Assembly: GCA_965603825.1 (NCBI GenBank)
Contig: CBFDEM010000052.1
Location: 496,001-560,000 of the forward strand
Length of the DNA: 64,000 bases
Direction: 5' to 3'
Source: Blepharisma stoltei ATCC 30299
Taxonomy: Eukaryota > Protista > Ciliophora
The notes under the pieces were generated by a model. That model was given only the letters and a program-made list of their open reading frames with translations. It had not been told where the DNA came from and searched no databases. Both the position numbers and the translations under genes were made by a program. Below are positions 57,147 to 64,000 of the stretch, in pieces (position 1 is the stretch's first letter; the number at the start of each line of letters is the position of its first letter).

Positions 57147-57677
57147 AGTTTCTGAGGCTGTCTGAAATTTATTGCAAATTAACCAATTTGGCAAATATAT
57201 AATGAAATTGTCCAATGGCAATTTATTAGATCTATTTTTTCTGATATATTTATAATATAAAAATTATCAATTTTTGCTTTTGAAATTATTATTGCACTGA
57301 TAAGGCAATTGATAATTGTTTAACCCATTTTATGAGAAATTTAAATTATTATTAGTTGTAAATATCTAGGAATGTATTAAAGCTTTGTGAAATAGGGTTA
57401 ATCAATTGTATAAATTATCAATAATTTATTAAAATCCAATTCCTTATGCCTATATAACAAAATTGATCTTTATTTAATAGTAAAAGCTATTTCTTCATCT
57501 TTATGGGAAACGCAACAGCACAGCAAAAATTCAGCTTTATAGAAACTAAAGCAAAACTTAAATTTCAAGCTAAAATTGATACTTTCAAAGCTAATTAAAA
57601 ATTTTAACTGAATTAAACATTTCACATAAGAATGCTCCTATTTTTAATAATTTCATAAATAGCGTGTATTAAATATC

Positions 57678-58511
57678 ATGAGCCGCAAAAAAATCAAGAC
57701 TGAAGAGTCAAGCGATGACGACTTCGAAGCTTTCGCAACTCCTCAACCTAAGCGCAGACATGGTAGATCCGCCAGAGAAATCAAAACTGAAGAAACTTTT
57801 AAAGTTGGGAGATGTGATAACTCACTTGGGGTTTTAACAAAAAAGTTCATTACACTGCTTAAACAATCTGAGAACCAATGCATAGATTTGAATGATGCAG
57901 TAAAAGACCTTAAAGTTCAAAAACGAAGAATTTATGATATTACAAATGTATTAGAAGGAATTGGATTAGTTCAAAAAAGACATAAAAATAAAATTCAGTG
58001 GGTAGGAGGAAATTTAATTACTGATCAGAATCAAGAAATCGAATTTAACATGCAAGACTCATACACAGTTTCTGTTGAAGAGCAAAAGCTTGATTATTGG
58101 ATTAATCAAATCCAAGATAATTTAAATCAGCTGAATAAAGACCCAAGCTATAATGAATATGCATACGTTACGCATGATGACATAAAAAATTTACCAAAAT
58201 TAATGAATGCAAGCCAAGAAACGATTTTAGCAATCAAAGTCCCAGCAGGGACCGCGCTAGAAGTCCCTGACCCTAATTCGCTTCCTATGGAAGAAAAAGA
58301 AAGACATCAGATTTATTTACATTCAAATAATGGGGAAATTTCGATACAAGTGATTTCTAACGAAAGATATGAAAAAATTAATAAAGAAGAAGACTTAAGC
58401 TGCAATGAAGCTTCGAATGAGCTTTATTCGTCAAGCCAAGATGAATATTTAAATAGTCAAATCTCTGCCAAATCAAAGACTGAGTGTTTATCTGACTTCT
58501 GGTCTTCTTAG
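57678..58511 (+). CDS. E2F-family transcription factor
   Basis: [48 protein letters not shown]; marked box [24 protein letters not shown]. Confidence 0.93.
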   Translation: MSRKKIKTEESSDDDFEAFATPQPKRRHGRSAREIKTEETFKVGRCDNSLGVLTKKFITLLKQSENQCIDLNDAVKDLKVQKRRIYDITNVLEGIGLVQKRHKNKIQWVGGNLITDQNQEIEFNMQDSYTVSVEEQKLDYWINQIQDNLNQLNKDPSYNEYAYVTHDDIKNLPKLMNASQETILAIKVPAGTALEVPDPNSLPMEEKERHQIYLHSNNGEISIQVISNERYEKINKEEDLSCNEASNELYSSSQDEYLNSQISAKSKTECLSDFWSS

Positions 58512-58633
58512 AGTAGTTATTAATTAATATTTATATGTAAAACAGCCTTTATAAAGTTCCTTTTACACAATAAATTATTTTATCAAGCTTTTAATTCTTA
58601 ATTTATAAAGAAAATAATCTATTTAACAGAAAT

Positions 58634-59119
58634 TTATATAAATGTTAAAGATGATTTGACTTGAGAACTGTCTTGGTATTTAAATGATTCTTTTTTCTTA
58701 TAAGACCGTTTTTCTTCTACCTTCATTGGCTGGGCAGTCGAGCCTATAAGTGATGAATTCTGCTTCAATGGCATTCTTTTGATAGACACTTTTTCTGCTG
58801 GGTCATGATATACAGGATTGAATTTTAAAGGGTCGCATGTCGTTGCATTTGTATTCACGCTCCGCTTCTTCCCTGCAGGCCTTTTATCAAATTCATGAGG
58901 GAGGCTTTCTCTATCAAGATGAAAATCGCCTCTTGGGATAGCTCGACGCTTGCTGTCTGGCGACATGTTCGTAAACGGTCTGTCTTGAGAATGGTCTATG
59001 TCGGATGATAAGAAGTTTGGGTAAGTCACTAAATGAGTTGCATGCTTTGATCGTGCTGGAAGGTCTTCGCTTTCAAAGTGTTTGGCCGGCTCTGATGAAA
59101 AAATAGTTTCTCGACTCAT
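58634..59119 (-). CDS. Hypothetical protein
   Basis: 161-aa ORF, ATG to TAA. Confidence 0.65.
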   Translation of the reverse strand: MSRETIFSSEPAKHFESEDLPARSKHATHLVTYPNFLSSDIDHSQDRPFTNMSPDSKRRAIPRGDFHLDRESLPHEFDKRPAGKKRSVNTNATTCDPLKFNPVYHDPAEKVSIKRMPLKQNSSLIGSTAQPMKVEEKRSYKKKESFKYQDSSQVKSSLTFI

Positions 59120-59397
59120 AACGTTAAATATTATTAGATTTCAAATTCATATAAAAGATGATGATTTTTATTTTATGGTAAACTTAATATTAAATATATA
59201 TTTGAAATAAAAATAATGCAGTTATTTTACTCTCATGGAGTCTCTTTTTATTACTATATAAGGATAATGTTAAAAATCTTTTAAATAAATCTCTAATAAT
59301 TATATAACTTTATATCATTTTTCCTTGGTTATTTATATTGTGACTCTTGCTTAACTTAAAAAAAATACCTTTGGTATTCTATCTATAATCCATATTT

Positions 59398-59985
59398 ATG
59401 CAATCTCAGCAGCGTGGCGTAGTAGAAGTACTAGCATCAGTCAGACAACAACTAGAAAAACGTGGAGCTCGTGGAATCCGTGAATTAGGCCGTACTTTTA
59501 GAGCCTTAGATTCTTTCGATGGCAACAAAAAGGTTGACCCTCAAGAATTTGCAGTTGGACTTCGTGAAAATGGGGTAGTTTTATCCTCACAAGAAGCCTC
59601 AATCCTTTTCAGATATTTTGACAAAGATGGAGACGGAAGCGTTAACTTCGATGAATTTCTGGTCGGGATAAGAGGCAGTCCTAACGGCAGAAGGCAAGCA
59701 CTTATTGATAAAGCCTTTCTAAAATTCGATCGTGATGGCAACGGTTACATTGATGCGGCCGATTTAAGAGGAGTTTACAACTGCCAGTTCCATCCTAAAG
59801 TCCAAAGAGGGCAAATGACTGAAGATCAAGCATTGACTGAGTTTTTAAGCAGCTTCAATGACAGAAATAGAGATGGAAGAATTACGAAAGATGAATGGGA
59901 TGAGTATTACGCAGCAGTTAGCTCATCAATTGACAACGACGACCATTTTGTGCAACTTATGAAAACAGCTTGGAGACTTGACTAA
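59398..59985 (+). CDS. Calcyphosin-like EF-hand protein
   Basis: RGARGIRELGRTFR, four EF-hands, HPKV, EWDEYYAAVSSSIDNDDHFVQLMKTAWRL. Confidence 0.92.
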   Translation: MQSQQRGVVEVLASVRQQLEKRGARGIRELGRTFRALDSFDGNKKVDPQEFAVGLRENGVVLSSQEASILFRYFDKDGDGSVNFDEFLVGIRGSPNGRRQALIDKAFLKFDRDGNGYIDAADLRGVYNCQFHPKVQRGQMTEDQALTEFLSSFNDRNRDGRITKDEWDEYYAAVSSSIDNDDHFVQLMKTAWRLD

Positions 59986-60012
59986 GATTAATTCTTAATT
60001 TGATTAACAAAA

Positions 60013-62463
60013 TTATGGGATTAACGATAAAACCCATCTTGATGTTCCTGATAATGATTTTTCCTCATGGGTTGAGAAAGATTCAATATAATTTTGTAGT
60101 GAGCTTATAAGTGAAGGATCAGGAAATGATAGCAAAATATCACCAATTAGCCCTAAAGCTGCAGCATGAATAGAGTTATTTGGAGAGAACTGAGGGTCAA
60201 TTATAATAGAAACATAGCTGATTATTTTTCTTAGGCGGTCTTCAATAGAAGAAATATAAGGGGTCTTATAGAGACCTTGAAAAAGCCCAATATAAAATTG
60301 CAATATAGATTCGCGAAGCTGGTCAAGATAGTAGTCAACGTCCTCATTCCCTGTAATTTGTAAGCTAGCTCCAGCAGCTGAGTCTAAATATGTAAGAACT
60401 TGGGGAAGATAAGGAATTATATCAACACCTACAGCACGCAATATATCTCCAATTGAAGAAATACATAGAATTTTAATATCAAGCGTAAGTTTTGGGCTTT
60501 CTAATATGATTATCAAAAGCGGAAAAATTTCATTAAGATATGGAGACATTGACGTCCCCAACGCTGTCGCTATATCTCCTATAGTCAAAACTCCAGATTT
60601 CAATACAGCTATAGAATCAGTCATTTTCAGAGCATATAAAAAAAATGGGCCAGTTTCTTGGAAATATTTCAAAAATCTGCTACCAATATTCATAGCAAGA
60701 GATCCTAGAGCTTCAATACCTTCTTCATAAATTGTTGATCTTGCGTTGAAAATTGATGTAATGTATTCAATTATTGTTAAAGCGTCACGGTCTGGGATTT
60801 TATCTTGCGCCATTCTTCCACACGTAACGTGGATTATGGATGAAGCGAAGATATATGAATTGTCGCTTAAAGGTTTTCTGGCACTATCTCTTAAAATATC
60901 AATAAAAATTGAAAAATTTTTATCTAATAAAGCAATTTGGCTATCAGGTATATTTTCCAGCAAAGTATCAATCACTGAAAAAGCTGAAATATTTAAGTTT
61001 TCTTGGTAAGAATCTTCTCTATATAAGGTTTTAATTGCGGTTGAAAGGATATTTTGGGACATATTGTAGTCAATTATATCTATATGACTTTCAATGATAT
61101 TTGCCAAAGCTGCTGCACAGCAAGAAGCTACTTTAGGGATATCATTAAATTTTTCCATTAAGGCAGAAATTGTTTTTTCTGCAAGAGATCTTGTCATTTT
61201 TTCTTTTAACATTTTACAGATTCTGCCTAAGCATCATGCTGAATTTTCCCTCAAAATTTTTTCTCGTGATTTTAAGCACAAAATAGTTTGTTCAGTGAAA
61301 TCTTTTATTTCATATAATAATTTTCCATTAGGCTCTCCTTCACAAATTGCAGAAAGTCCCAATAAAGCCCCAACAATTTGTTTTAAATTATTAGTTGAAA
61401 TGTTTTTCCTTATAAAAGGAACCATTTGGTCAATAATAAGATCTCCACATATTTGAGAAATTACACATAAGGTGTTATACGCGCCTTTAGCTGGGTATCA
61501 TTCATCTGAGTCTTCTTCAATTTCAAGGAGTTTAGGAATCAACAAATTAGCTAGACTTTGTGCAGCGGTTGTTATAAATCCTAATGGATTTTCATCATTT
61601 TCCAATTTTTCTTTTTCGCAGTCTGCAATTAAATTCCAAAATTCGATCCCTAAGATGCTTATATTCGGGATTTCTGATTGAATAGCTTGATATGTAACAG
61701 TTCCTAATTCCATTAAATTAGGTTCCAAGCATTCATAGAAATTTATTGCAATCTCACATAGCACCCTCAATGCCAGTATTTTCACATTTTCACTTGTATG
61801 TGTAGCGTTTAAAAAAATCAGTCTTAACAATATCTGCCTTTCATGGTCATTTTTTATATTTGATTTATAAAATGTCAAAGAAGAAGTCAAAGCTTGGAGC
61901 GCTACACATCTTACTGAGAGCTCTTCTCCAGCTAGATTAGCAGCAATGGCGGTTAGAATAGAATCAGCTTGTTGAACAGATACAGCGCTAGGATCAAGCT
62001 CTTCGCAGATGTATCCAAGAGTGTCCAACGCAGCTTGTTTATAGCAAGAATTAGTGTGGCTTGCATTATTTACCATGATGCTGATGACTTCATTTCATTT
62101 TCCTTTCGGAATATCTTGCTTTGCTATAGCTGAGACTGCTTGAGAGGTCGCTTTTCTGACATCTCGATCCTGACTTGCTAGGCTCGCTAAGCAGTTTTCT
62201 TTGATTTGTCTAGTTATCTCTTCCTCAAATGAATGCCAAGGCAAAGCTTGTTCTTTCATTTTGATATTCAGCACAGTGTTTTTTATCAAAATCGCTGCAA
62301 GTTGTCGAGCTTCACGAGGAAATTGATCTCCAGCTAATACATTTGAGACTTCTAGCAAAAAGTTCTGAGGGTCTGAGGCTTCACAAGCTTCGATTTTGCT
62401 CAAAGCTTGGCTACGCAGATTGAGGTTTGCAGACTGGGCGTCTAATAAAAGCTTAGATATCAT
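60013..62463 (-). CDS. Importin-beta (KPNB1-like, divergent) HEAT-repeat karyopherin
   Basis: ARQLAAILIKN, KQAALDTLGYICEEL, ILGIEFW, EEDSDE-W, RENSA-W-CLGRIC, LRESILQFYIGLFQGL, ALGLIGDI; TGA at 62095, 61498 and 61234. Confidence 0.88.
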
Positions 62464-62508
62464 ACTAAAAAGATTACAAAGATACGCTTAATTTATCATT
62501 AATATGAA

Positions 62509-63648
62509 TTATAAATCAGACTGTTCTTTTTTCTCTTTTTCTATTGAGCTTACTTTAGAAGTACTAGAAGACCGATTCGCTGTATTTCGAGTATTTCTTC
62601 TTGCTTCAACTGACTGTTTGAGACCAAACCACGGTATCACCAAAATTTCATTATAAATTGCAGTCCCAAAGACTATACATAAAAAACCTACACACTGAAG
62701 GATCACAAATTCTTCTCACTCAGATACCATGCTAAAAATCCAGACAAATAAAGTTTTGCAAGTGTCTATAGTAGACCTTGCTAAAGCATTTGTGTATTTT
62801 GTGGTAGAAATCCCTGTAAAATAGACTATAGCAAAGCTAAAGAGTGATCCTAGTCAAAATAAAAGCAATTTTGTGTCCCAAAGCTCAGTAAAGGCGTAAT
62901 AGCCATTTTCTAAGCTTCCGTGAGAGCAAAGATTCTCATAGTTGCAAGGGATGAAATACAAAATCGGGATAAAAATTAAGGAAAAACCCACTCCAAAAGC
63001 TCCTTCTAGTCCTATTGCTTGTAGTGGCTCTACGTCTAGTTGTTTTAAATAGATTTCTTCGCATAGTAGCACTCCTGCAGCGAAAAATTGTCCACAAATT
63101 AGTAGAATTATCCCAATTAGCGGATATTTAGCAGAAAGAGCAGTCCAGACCAAGCTAGAGATGCTGACTAAAATAATTCCAAGTAATAGGAAACAAATGC
63201 CCACTATTTGGTGTTTAAATAAGGTAACCTTTAAAATTAACACAGAATATGCCGTCACAAATATAGATATAATACCTCGAACCATCTGATAGACTGATGC
63301 TGCTGATAAAATAAGCCCAAGAAACATCAAACTTGCAGCAATTCAATAAAAAAATGCAGGAATCGCAAAGAGAAATAATCCGTACTTTTTATAAGCACCT
63401 GTCCTTGGAGAATCTGGATCATTTGTCTGTAATACTTTATATGAATTTTTTCGTGACTGTGTATTCTTGTGGAATTTTATAAGGTAATATATTGCCAAAC
63501 ATGTGAGTTCTCCTAAAAATAAAGTTGCACATTGAAAATACGGATGAATATAATCAGATTCATCCATACTTTTCAAAATAATTGTGCTGCCTGCTCCGAA
63601 GATGAGATAACTTCCCATAAAGCTGTAAATAAGTGCTCTCTCTTCCAT
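62509..63648 (-). CDS. SLC35F6-like drug/metabolite (nucleotide-sugar-type) transporter
   Basis: HPYFQCATLFLGELTCL, ASVYQMVRG, EE..L..VEPLQAIGLEGAFG, ARSTIDTCKTLFVW, GTAIYNEIL; TGA at 63343, 62854 and 62716. Confidence 0.85.
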
Positions 63649-64000
63649 TTGTTTAAATTATTGGGATTATTATAAGCATGATAATATTCCTGAGGTAGCA
63701 TAATTTGGAAGGGCTGTTTTGTTTTGGGCTGAAAACAATTAAAATTAAATCAGGTTTCTGCTTGAGTAAATGGAAAGAGAAACCAGTAAAGATGTTTACC
63801 TATAAAAATAATTATTATTTGAATAGTAAAAGTATTTATAAATAAAAATTAAGGTCTTAATATAAGAAATTCATGGTTTTAGGTTTTTAGCAAAAATTCA
63901 TTTGTTTTGATCCAATAGAGAAGCATAAGGTCTAAGATATGAAAAATAGAATTAGCATGGATATGAGTGCAATTTTAAAATTTATTGATAGATTTAAGCT

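Noticed and set aside
36064-57221. TTG/GTG starts in the ORF track (for example 37200, 38905, 57221)
   Set aside because: Downstream ATGs following AT-rich leaders (37128, 38899, 57146) fit the protein families better
1367-63648. Widespread pseudogenisation as the cause of split ORFs
   Set aside because: Breaks are always in-frame TGA, often at conserved Trp sites, or GT..AG 15/16-mers; no random frameshifts or other stops in conserved genes
1367-63648. TGA as selenocysteine or cysteine
   Set aside because: Informative positions align with conserved Trp, not Cys, and occur in non-redox proteins; I recognised no SECIS
1-64000. Mycoplasma or mitochondrial origin (also UGA=Trp)
   Set aside because: Gene content is eukaryotic nuclear (Sar1, E2F, dynein IC, centrin) with spliceosomal introns
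1-64000. tRNA, rRNA, CRISPR arrays, transposases, telomeric repeats, retained IESs
   Set aside because: No matching motifs found by eye and no long insertions interrupt conserved genes; a covariance-model scan was not possible

Overview
AT-rich, very gene-dense eukaryotic DNA that looks like the macronuclear genome of a heterotrich ciliate of the Blepharisma type (taxon inferred, not verified by search). Two properties explain why the supplied ORF track is fragmented. (1) TGA is a sense codon for Trp: I counted about 55 in-frame TGAs by hand, many at invariant Trp sites such as DHHCP-W, kinase ADL-W-SLG and PH-domain RRR-W, while every gene I could close ends in TAA or TAG. (2) Introns are tiny: 16 of 15 nt and one of 16 nt, all GT...AG, and all the 15-mers have A at position 10. 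Applying both rules gives about 49 protein-coding genes. They include centrin, PKG, a CCT-domain protein, ArfGAP, HVA22/REEP, TTC5, an RBR E3 ligase, POC1, a DHHC palmitoyltransferase, RPL31, SAR1, an ABHD17-like hydrolase, a CEP85-like protein, DUF229, DNAI3/WDR63, a mitochondrial carrier, a cyclin, three tandem PH-domain genes, SUA5, E2F, calcyphosin, importin-beta and an SLC35F-like transporter. One multi-TM gene (25259-26278) is almost invisible in the ORF track. Points worth a second look: gene-specific all-or-none use of TGA-Trp; three apparently catalytically degenerate proteases (A1, C1A, C19 folds); unusual ubiquitin-system domain architectures; a chimeric PH tandem array; uORF or non-canonical intron candidates upstream of regulatory genes; and a candidate structured RNA at about 38977-39105. 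I saw no tRNA, rRNA, CRISPR, transposase or telomeric repeat.
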